NCBI RefSeq assembly: GCF_006345805.1
Contig: NW_021832541.1
Location: 1 to 64,000 of the forward strand
Length of the DNA stretch: 64,000 nt
Direction of reading: 5' to 3'
Origin: Octopus sinensis
Lineage: Eukaryota
A program made the translations under genes and the position numbers. This document shows, in pieces, positions 52,571 to 64,000 of the stretch (within the stretch, counting starts at the first letter, position 1; each line of letters opens with the position of its first letter). The notes beneath the pieces were generated by a model that was given only the letters and a program-made list of their open reading frames with translations, was not told the origin of the DNA and did not search any database.

Positions 52571-52858
52571 CCATCAATCAATCTATCTGTCTCTCTCTCT
52601 TTTCCATTTGTCCTTCTAACCTCGGATATCAAAAGGTCACGTTTAATGTAGCTCACTCATGTCTTTGGCCTAATTCTTCCCACTCGCCAAAATTAGACCA
52701 ACCAAACAATATTTACTCTTTACTCTCTCTTTACTCTTTTACTTGTTTCAGCTATTTATTGGGCAAGTGTCTTCTGCTATAGCCCCGGGCCGACCAATGC
52801 CTTGTGAGTGGATTTGGTAGACGGAAACTGAAAGAAGCCTGTCGTATATATGTATATT

Positions 52859-52891
<33 letters not shown>

Positions 52892-53581
52892 TTGTGCGTG
52901 TGTGTTTGTCCCCCTAGCATTGTGATTGACAACCGATGCTGGTGTGTTTACGTCCTAATAACTTAGCGGTCTCGGCAAAAGGCTCATAGAAGTAGTAGTC
53001 TTTAAAAAAAAACAAAGGATTGGGGTCAATTCATTCGCTTAAAAAATTCTTCAAGCCGATGCTGCAGCGCATGGTCGCATTTTAAAGGCTGAAACGAATA
53101 AAGCTTAACAAAAGATACATGTACGAAGAAGAGGTCACAGCTGGAACGGCTTTGATCAAAGGAACTTCACGGCCCAGCTACTTCAATAAAACCACAGTTG
53201 ACCATTTCTAACCATTAATTAACCATTCCAAGCCTCAGTTCCAACTGCTATTATTCCTGTTGTCTCTGGACAGAGTTCCTTTCGACTATACAGGCTTGTA
53301 ATGTTTAATGAATGTATTTAAGAGGGCTCTAGTCCCTCTCTCTCTCTCTCTCTCTCCCTCTCTCTCTCTCCTCATTACACTCTTTCTCTTTCTGCTTCTC
53401 CCTTCCTCTTTCTACTTCTCTCTCGCTCTCTCTTCCTCTTTCTACCTCTCTCTCTCACCCCATTACTCTCTTTCTCTTTTCATTTCGCTCCCACTATCTC
53501 CTATCTCTTTTATATTTTCCTCTCTCCATCCTGCTCTCTGTTCCTCCGACTCTGCCCCCCCCCCCTCTCCTCGCTCTCTCC

Positions 53582-53649
<68 letters not shown>

Positions 53650-54028
53650 CCATCAATCAATCTATCTGTCTCTCTCTCTTTTCCATTTGTCCTTCTAACC
53701 TCGGATATCAAAAGGTCACGTTTAATGTAGCTCACTCATGTCTTTGGCCTAATTCTTCCCACTCGCCAAAATTAGACCAACCAAACAATATTTACTCTTT
53801 ACTCTCTCTTTACTCTTTTACCTTGTTTCAGCTATTTATTGGGCAAGTGTCTTCTGCTATAGGCCCCGGGCCGACCAATGCCTTGTGAGTGGATTTGGTA
53901 GACGGAAACTGAAAGAAGCCTGTCGTATATATGTATATTTATATATATAATAGTGGTGTGTGTGTGTGTGTGTTTGTGCGTGTGTGTTGTCCCCCTAGCA
54001 TTGCTTGACAACCGATGCTGGTGTGTTA
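51901..54028. repeat. Tandem segmental duplication (1050 + 1078 bp) with breakpoints inside SINE A copies
   Basis: cgtcctaataacttagcgg at 51901 and 52951; unique and (CT)n sequence repeated. Confidence 0.92.
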
Positions 54029-54404
54029 CGGTCCCCGTCACTTAGCGGTTCGGCCAAAAGAGACCGATAGAATAAGTACTGGGCTTACAAAGAATAAGTC
54101 CTGGGTCGATTTGCTCGACTAAAGGCGGTGCTCCAGCATGGCCGCAGTCAAATGACTGAAACAAGTAAAAGAGTAAAAGAGTAAAGACAAGACTCTGTCT
54201 CTGGTACACACACACACACACACACACACACTTCGGATTGCCGTTTTATCGCTCCCTGTCTGGCAACAACAACAACAACAACAAAATGAATCAGAGAACC
54301 TCTAGGCGGTCTCTTGATCTGCCAGAATTAGCAGCCAAATGTGCTTGAAATTACACGCATCACTTTTTCAAACAAAGGACGCATTGAATGACGTAATCCA
54401 AAAT

Positions 54405-55174
54405 ATATTCTTTTCTACTCTAGGCACAAGGCCCAAAATGTCTGGGGAGAGGACCAGTCGATTAGATCGAGCCCAGTACGCAACTGGTACTTAATTTATC
54501 AACCTTGAAAGGATGAAAGGCAAAGTCGACCTTGGCGGAATTTGAACTCAGAACGTAGCGTCAGACGAAATACCTATTTCTTTACTACCCACAAGGGGCT
54601 AAACACAGAGGGGGCAAACAAGGACAGACATAGGTATTAAGTCGATTATATCGACCCCAGTGCGTAACTGGTACTTAATTTATCGACCCCGAAAAAATGA
54701 AAGGCAAACTCGACCTCGGCGGAATTTTAACTCAGAATGTAGCGGCAGACGAAATACCTATTTCTTTATTACCCACAAGGGGCTAAACACAGAGAGGACA
54801 AACAAGGACAGACAAACGGATTAAGTCGATTATATCGACCACAGTGCGTAACTGGCACTTAATTTATTGACGCCGAAAGGATGAAAGGCAAAGTCGACCT
54901 CGGCGGAATTTGAACTCAGAACGTAAAGAGAGACGAAATGCCTATTTCTTTATTACCCACAAGGGGCTAAACACAGAGGGGACAAACAAGGACAGACATA
55001 GGTATTAAGTCGATTATATCGACCCCAGTGCGTAACTGGTACTTAATTTATCGACCCCGAAAGGATGAAAGGCAAAGTCGACCTCGGCGGAATTTGAACT
55101 CACATCGTAACGGCAGACGAAATACCGCTAAGCATTTCGCCGGGTGTGCTAACGTTACTGCCAGCTCGCCGCCT
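54405..55174 (-). mobile_element. SINE C tandem multimer (head plus about 4 body units, ~183-bp period)
   Basis: actggtacttaatttat at about 54483, 54666, 54850 and 55035; a single head at 55100-55174. Confidence 0.9.
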
Positions 55175-55199
55175 TGTGATCCAAAATATATTGTATGTA

Positions 55200-55645
55200 A
55201 ACGACAAAAACAAACATGCTGGTCACGGTTGGAATATTTCTGATCACAAGTCCGTTCGATGAGGCGAGGCCTGGCTTGTGGTTAATCAACAACAGCAACC
55301 TGCTAGAAATAGCAGCTAAATCGTCATTAAATTACAACTACCATGTTAAAGAAGACAAATTGTATAATATAGTCCGTGATGGTCACGAGTGGAATGTTTT
55401 CGATTCAATGCTGATCCTGAGGTTAAACGACAACAACACTGATCTGTTAGAAATAGCAGCCAAATCTCCCACAAGCGGCATCTTCCCGATCGACTTCAAA
55501 ATAGTTAATTGATGGACAATGTTGGACAATGTTGATCCTAGATACACTATGGTGGATGAAGTAAAAGATGGGATGGTCACAGCTGGAGTGCCTTGGATTA
55601 TTGGGCTATTCGGTCAAAGCTGGCTTGGGGGCTAAACATCGCAAA
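55200..55645 (+). repeat. Repeat D, degenerate tandem units
   Basis: ggtcacgg(t)tggaat and ctgctagaaatagcagc repeated; ends ggggctaaacatcgcaaacaacaac. Confidence 0.6.
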
Positions 55646-55672
55646 CAACAACAGCAACAGCAACGGCACAAA

Positions 55673-55708
<36 letters not shown>

Positions 55709-56933
55709 GATTACTACCACTGCAAGTGCCAATACAACCTCAAAAGTACTATCGCCAACACCACCACCACTACTACTACTGCTGCTGCTGCTGTTGCCAC
55801 TACTGCTACTACTGTACTACTACTACTACTACGACTACTACAATGACTACTACTACGTGTGCCAAAGCAACCACAAAAGTACTATCGCCAACACCAACAC
55901 CCCTACTACTACTGCTGCTGCTACTACTACTACCACTACGACTACTGCCACATGTACCAACGCCACCACAATTGTACTATTTCTACCACCACTACTACTA
56001 CTACTACATGTGCTAATGCAACCAGCAAAATACTGTCGCCAATACCACCACCAACAGCGACAGTAACAACACTACCACCTCAGTCACAACGCTACCACCA
56101 CCAACAACAACAAGAACAATAACAATAACCTCAATACTATGTACCACTACCACCATCATCACCACCACAGTTACCCATTAACGCAAATACCACTGCAACT
56201 AGCATCCATACAACACGAACACATTCCTACCACAACAACCTCCGCCTATACTGTTGTTTTGCTTAACTGTACTCTAAACACACAGCCTCATCGCAAGCAA
56301 CACTATACTACCGCCAGTACTGCTGCAAATACCACTACTACTACGACTATGAATACCACTATCAACACTACACCCGAAACCACTACTGCTTTCTCTCTCT
56401 CTCTTCCTATCTCTCTCTCTCTCTCTCTCTCACTATCCGTCTCTCTCTTCCTATCTCTCGCTTTCTCTCACTCTGCCTCTCTCTACCTATCTCTCGCTTC
56501 CTATCTCTCTCTCTCTTTCTATCTCTTTCTCTATGTATCTATCTCTCTCTCTACCTATATCTCTCTCCCTCTTTCTATCTCTTCCTATTTCTCTCTCCCT
56601 CTCTCTCTCTTCTTATCTCTCTCTCTCTCTGCCTCTCTCTCTCTCTCTTCCTATCTCTCGTCTTTCTGTGTTCCTTAGCGTTCTTACGAGTCTGTCTGTT
56701 CGTCTCTCGCTCATGACGAAACACCATCACCACCATCTCCACCACGCATCGAGTCTCCTCTCCTTTTCCTTTTCTCTCTGTCTCTCTCTCTCTTCTCTCC
56801 TTTTTTCTCTATCTATCTTTCTACATCTCTCTCTCTCTCGTCATCTCCCATTACACACCACCACCACCACCACCACCACCACCCTACTACTATTACTACT
56901 ACTACACTACTACTACCACTACTACTACTACTA

Positions 56934-56983
<50 letters not shown>

Positions 56984-57325
56984 GCTACTACTACTACTAC
57001 CATTGATCTTACTGCTAATGTTTCTACCGCATTAATTACAGTTACTTATAACAATCGCCACCACCATCTTTGATAATAATACTACTACTACTACTACTAC
57101 AACCACCATCATACCATTACCACCACCACCGCCGCCATCACCTCTGCAATTGATACCATTACCACCAACGCCAACGCCACCACTGGCATCGTCACTGTTC
57201 ACCATTCACCCCACCCCCACCCCCGCCCCCCATTGTGCCACTATCAACAACAACAACCTCTCGCTGCGTTATTGGTCGTCCACCGCCGCCAGCGTCAGCA
57301 TTATCAACATCAATATCTCGAACAG

Positions 57326-57368
<43 letters not shown>

Positions 57369-57647
57369 GTCTTCATCATCATCATCATCATCAACATCAT
57401 CATCATCTTCATCTTCATCACCATCATCATAGTCGTCGTCATCATCATCATCATCACCACGATCACCACCACCGCCATTATCATCATCACCATCATCATT
57501 ACCACCATCATCATCATCATCGTCTTCTTCTTCTTCTTCAGCATCACCAGCACATCATCATCATCATCATTATCATCATCATCATCATCATCATCACCAC
57601 CACCACCACCATCATCGTTATCATTATCATCATCATCGTCGTCGTCG

Positions 57648-57681
<34 letters not shown>

Positions 57682-57718
57682 TATCATCGTCATCATCTTC
57701 ATGGTTGTCGCCTCCACT

Positions 57719-57750
<32 letters not shown>

Positions 57751-58599
57751 TATCATCATCATCATCTTCATGGTTGTCGCCTCCACTATCATCATCATCA
57801 TTGTCATCAACTCCACTCAAAACACGAAAGTGTCACCCTCTGTGGTCGTTCCACTTACAAGAAATAACAGTCAAATCTACCTGAACTTCTACAGTGAAAA
57901 CAAAAATATATACAAGACGGTCACGGTTGGATAGCCTTTTTCGATCATAATATATATATATATAGGTCTGTGAAATCGTCCACACCAGACCTGACTTTGC
58001 GTCTAAACAACACCGACAACAAAATCAACAAGAACGAATGAGTTAATCGAATTGCTAGAAATCATAGCAAAAACTCATCAAATCGTAACGTATGACACAT
58101 TAGATAATGTACTCCACGGTACTGCTAGAATAGAAAATATATATATAACAAAAAACATAACATAGATGTATGTAGAATGTGTTTGGTCATTGGTTTTTGT
58201 TGTGTTGTTTTTTCTTTGTTTCTGGACCAAGGCCAGCCTAGGGTTAAAGAACTACAACAACAGCACAAGTAACGGTACCACTATCTTCACCTTACCAACA
58301 CCCGTTCTTCTGTGTTTAGTGATACACACACACACACACATATATATACATATATATACATAAATATATATATATGTATACATATATATACATATTTATT
58401 TATATATGTATGTGTATATATATATGTATATATATATAGATGTGTTGTGTATATATATATATATATTATATATACCTATATATACATAATATATACATAT
58501 TTATATATGTATGTGTATATATATATATATATCATATAATATATATATATATATACACACATCTTATATATATACATATATATATACGTATATATATAC

Positions 58600-58631
<32 letters not shown>

Positions 58632-58699
58632 TACATATATTATATATAATAACATATATATATATATATAATATATATTATAGATTACATATATATATA

Positions 58700-58872
58700 T
58701 GCTTGACAAACCGATGTGGTGTGGTTATGTCCCCGCAATTAGCAGTTCGGCAAAAGAAACTGATAGAATAAGTACTGGGCTTACAAAGAATAAGTCCCGG
58801 GGGTCGATTTGCTCGACTAAAGGCGGTGCTCCAGCATGGCCGCAGTCAAATGACTGAAACAAGTAAAAGAGT
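58700..58872 (+). mobile_element. SINE A 3' half
   Basis: gcttgacaaaccgatg..ggcggtgctccagcatggccgcagtcaaatgactgaaacaagtaaaagag. Confidence 0.85.
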
Positions 58873-59256
58873 ATATATATATATATAATATCTATATATA
58901 TATATATATACAAACACACACACACATACGCTACAGCAGCAGAAATACCATCCTCGTCAGCACCGCCACTATAACTACTACCACTACTGCTGCATCTGCT
59001 GCTGCAGTTAGTATTACCACCATCACAACAACAACAACAACACCAACAACAGCAGCAACAACCACTACTACCTCTATCAAAGCCTCTACCGCTAATGATG
59101 CAGTTTATCGCTGCTGCTGCTGCTACTACTACTACTACTGCTGTTACTACCGCTATGTCTATATGCAGCGCCCCGCTGTGTTGTTTTGTTGGGGTTTTGT
59201 TTTTTTGCATTGTTTCGTTTTGTTTTGTTTTGTTTTTCATGGAGTATCTAAACCTA

Positions 59257-59298
<42 letters not shown>

Positions 59299-59377
59299 TA
59301 GCTATTTATCAATTTAGACATAAACCCATACGCTCACACATGTATATGCATATATATATGTGCGTGTGTGTGTGTAT

Positions 59378-59387
59378 AGATAGATAG

Positions 59388-59422
<35 letters not shown>

Positions 59423-59513
59423 GACAGACAGACAGACAGACTGCTTGACAAAAGGATAGACAAGCAGACAGACTGATAGATAGATAGAGAGATAGAGAGA
59501 GAGAGAGATAGAG

Positions 59514-59569
<56 letters not shown>

Positions 59570-59578
59570 GGATGGATG

Positions 59579-59647
<69 letters not shown>

Positions 59648-59700
59648 GTAGAGACAGACAGACAGACTGCTTGACAAATGGATAGACAAGCAGACAGACT

Positions 59701-59757
<57 letters not shown>

Positions 59758-59810
59758 GTAGAGACAGACAGACAGACTGCTTGACAAATGGATAGACAAG
59801 CAGACAGACT

Positions 59811-59884
<74 letters not shown>

Positions 59885-59890
59885 CAGACT

Positions 59891-59948
<58 letters not shown>

Positions 59949-60019
59949 GACAGACAGACAGATAGACAGACTGCTTGACAAATGGATAGACAGGCAGACA
60001 GACTGATAGATAGATAGAG

Positions 60020-60069
<50 letters not shown>

Positions 60070-60120
60070 GTAGATTGACTGATTGATTGATTGAGTGGTT
60101 GATTGATTGATTGATTGATT
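59378..60120. repeat. (GATA)n field with a 4x repeated interruption cassette
   Basis: gacagactgcttgacaaa(t)ggatagacaagcagacagactg at about 59430, 59660, 59770 and 59960. Confidence 0.9.
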
Positions 60121-61232
60121 GGTAGATAGATAGGTAAATTAGCCAGGTGTGTAAGTAGGTAGGTTTGTATGTATATTTATATGCAGATAGGTATCTATGT
60201 TTGTGCGTATGTATACACATATGTATTTATACGTGTATATACGTGTGCGTGTGTGCATATGCATATGCATATATACACACAAACACACAAACATACAAAC
60301 ATACACACAAACATACACACGCACACACAGACGCACACATACACATACGCGAACAAACACATACACATACATGCGCACACACAATACCCTGACAAATACT
60401 AATCACACATATACACACACATACACACCACCAGGACAATTATAACAACACATACATACTCAGACAGAGACACACACACACTTACGTACACACACATAAC
60501 ATCCCCGCCAACGCAAAACACAAAAATACACACGCACACACAGCGAACACATCCACACACATGCACACACACACACAACACTGACAAATGCCAATCACAC
60601 CACACACACACACACACACACGCACACACACAAACGTGCACACATATACACACCATACTACCAAATATAAAACACAAGCACATGTATATATATAAACACA
60701 CATAGAGACGTGCACAGAGAGACAAACACACTCACACCATTCTGACCTCTCAGACGAGTCCCAAAAACCACTGAACCATGACAGACTAGCCCAGAAACAA
60801 AAAATGCTTTTGGTTCTACATTGCTCCCCCCTCCCCAAACAACCTCCCACACTGTCCCTTAAAATAACAAACATTCCTTAGCTATACACAAGACAATATG
60901 TCAGAAAGACAAGTCAGTTATTCCTCTACAATTTTTTGTAAATTCTTAAATGCATCTCCTATATACTACCAAACAAACATGATTTTTATTGAACACAAAA
61001 TACTTTTTGGAGTCCCGTTCTGATTACTTTCTTAAATACTTTCTTGTAAGCCGTTTTTAACATTTTTTAAAATTATTATCTAAGAATGTGCATCTGTATT
61101 TTAATACTTTTGTGACAACCAACAAAGCTTTACATTTTACTTTTGACAATCTTTTCCTAAAAAGTGAAACCGGTAAAGTGAATAAACAACCTTTAAAATT
61201 GCATTTTCAAACCTTCTTTCATATATCTATAT

Positions 61233-61276
<44 letters not shown>

Positions 61277-61599
61277 GTAATTTCAACAATATTAAGAATG
61301 GCCCTGATAGGCCATTCAACTCACTAGAAAGAGCACCAAGACTCAAACCGACAAATAGTAGTAATTCAGAAATCAAAGGAAAATTAAAACATTTACCCTA
61401 ATCATCCTTGGACAATGCATTGTTTCGACGTACTTTTTGGCTATTCATAATACTGTCAATACCAACATCACATTATAAAACTACACCAATAACCATTTTC
61501 AGACTGACAGCAAGACAACCACTACCAGCAAAACCACCAATAGCATCAACAGCAACAACAACAACATCAACGTTGCCACTATGGTGAACCCTCTTACGG

Positions 61600-61917
61600 C
61601 TCTTCGCGTCCTGACTTCAAATTTCGTTGAAGTCACCTTTGGCTTTCATCCCTCCAAGTTCAATAAAATAAAGCACCCCGCAAGTATTGGGGTCAATACA
61701 ATCGACTTACTTCAGACCCATTGCTTCCTTGCTTCCTGAGTTCAATTTCTGCCGATATCGACTTTGCCCTTCATCCTTTCGAGATCGATAAAATAAGTAC
61801 CAATTGAGCACTGAGGTCGATGTAATCGACTTACCCTTTGGACCCAACTTGCTGGCCTTATGCCAATATTTGAAACCATTATTATTATCATCATCATCAT
61901 TATTATTATTATTATTA

Positions 61918-61956
<39 letters not shown>

Positions 61957-61976
61957 CATCATCATCATCATCATCA

Positions 61977-62055
<79 letters not shown>

Positions 62056-63030
62056 TATTATTATTATTATCATTAATTATTATTATTATTATTATTATTA
62101 TATTATTATATTATTATTATTATTATTATTATCATCTTCATTATTATTATTATTATTATCATTATTATCATTATTATCGAGGTGGCGAGCTGGCAGAAAC
62201 GTTAGCACGCCGGGCGAAATTCTTGGCCGTATTTCGTCTGCCGCTAAGTTCAGAGTTCAAATTCCGCCGAGGTCGACTTTGCCTTTCATCCTTTCGGGGT
62301 CAATTAAAAAAGTACCAGTTACGCACTGGTGTCGATGTAATCGACTTAAACCGTTTGTCTGTCCTTGTTTGTCCCCTCTATGTCTAGCCCCCTGTGGGCA
62401 ATAAAGAAATAAATTATTATTATTATTGTTATTATTGGCCGAATCATTAGCACGTCGGACAAAATGCTTAGCACCATTTATTTATTCCGATTCTCTGCGT
62501 TCAGCGTTCACATTCTACCGAGGTCAAACTTGCCTTTCATTCTTTTTGGGGTCGATAAAAAAAGTACCAGATGAACACTGGGAGGAGGGGGTCAATGTAA
62601 TCCACTTACCCACCTCCCTTAAAATTTCTGGTGTTGTACCAAAATTTGAAACCATGACTTTGCAAAATCTTTAGCACACCAGACGAAATGCTTAGCGGTA
62701 TTTCGTCTGTCTTTACATTCTGGGTTCAAATTCCGCCGAGGTCGACTTTGCCTTTCATCCTTTCGGGGTCGATAAATTAAGTACCAGTCACGCACTGGGG
62801 ACGATATAATCGACTTAATCCGTTTGTCTGTCTTTGTTTGTGAGTAGTAAAGAAATAGGTATTTCATCCGTGTGAACGTTCTGAGTTCAAATTCTGCCGA
62901 GGTTGACTTTGCCTTCCAGCCTTTCAGGGTCAACAGATTAAATACCAATGAAACACTGGGGTCGATGTAATCGACTGGTACCCCTCCCCCTAATTTCTGG
63001 CCTTCTGCTTTTGTAGAAAGGATTATTATG
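61600..63030 (+). mobile_element. Cluster of same-orientation SINE C copies separated by (ATT)n/(ATC)n
   Basis: Copies at about 61600-61710, 61735-61880, 62179-62410, 62435-62655 and 62670-63030 (last is dimeric). Confidence 0.85.
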
Positions 63031-63619
63031 ATTATTAACATCATAATCAACAACATCAGAATCATTATCATCGCTATAATCATCACCAAAACCACCGCCA
63101 TCACCCCACCCCCATGATCACCACCATCATTATTGCCATCACTACCATCACGACGACCATCATTGTCATCACCACCACCACCATTACCAGCACCACCATC
63201 ACCGCTACCATCACCACTACCACCATCACTACCTTCACTACCGCCGCCACCACCACCATAACCACCTTCACTACCGCCACCACCATCACCATCACCGCCA
63301 CCACCATCACCACCACCATCACCACCACCACCACCACCACCATCACCTTCACCACCACCATCACACCACCATCACCATCACCACCACCATCACCACCACC
63401 ATTACCATCACCACCACCATCACCGCCACTACCATCATCATCATCATTCTCAACATCCTGAAAAACCTCGACAAGTCAATCGTAAAAAAAAACTATAAAA
63501 TAACAAGGAAAAAAATATAATAAACTTTCAAAATATTTTGGAATTTTGAAAATTAAACTCCTTTTTTGTGTGTACATTCCGCCACCATCACTCACCACCT
63601 CTTCCTGACCCCCTACACC

Positions 63620-64000
63620 CCATTTTCACACACACACACGCACGCACACACACATTCACAGACACATAACACCAAAACCCACCCACACACACACACACAC
63701 ACATAACACCAAAACCCACATACACACACACACACACATAACACCAAAACTCACACACACACACACACACATAACACCAAAACCCACATACACACACACA
63801 CACACACATAACACCAAAACTCACACACACACACACACACATAACACCAAAACCCACACACACACACACACACATAATAACAAAACCCACATACACACAC
63901 ACACACACACACACCACATAACACCAAAACCCACATACACACACACATAACACCAAAACCCCCCCACACACACACACACATAATAACAAAACCCACATAC
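63620..64000. repeat. Minisatellite, about 10 units of (ca)n-cataacaccaaaac(c/t)c
   Basis: Direct; runs off the window end. Confidence 0.9.

Overview
Animal genomic DNA with extremely dense microsatellites and transposable elements. The SINE families and repeat density resemble an octopod cephalopod (Octopus-like); this is an inference from recognition, not a database result. No host protein-coding gene, tRNA, rRNA or CRISPR array can be supported, and almost all long ORFs in the track are microsatellite translations. The recognisable coding remnants are all mobile elements: a 2.7-kb 5'-truncated Tx1-type L1 LINE (RT to zf-RVT, minus strand), five R4/Dong-clade RLE-LINE fragments, RTE (Rex3/Expander-like) and CR1 3' ends, Penelope-like RT and GIY-YIG remnants with hammerhead-ribozyme motifs, a full-length and a partial mariner, several MITEs and a short Helitron. 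Three tRNA-derived SINE families (here A, B, C) and two unclassified dispersed repeats (D, E) fill much of the rest. The most interesting signal is an apparent partitioning of microsatellites among retroelements. All three Tx1 insertions have both junctions in (TATC)n. R4/Dong pieces and a non-coding ~650-bp element E sit mostly in (AAT)n. Penelope-like termini and hairpin-capped ends abut (TA)n, including the (TA)n carried inside SINE A. Other notable signals are variant-core hammerheads, multimeric SINE C copies sharing one junction at three loci, SINE B tail swapping, a SINE-mediated 1.05-kb tandem duplication and a 276-bp higher-order repeat.
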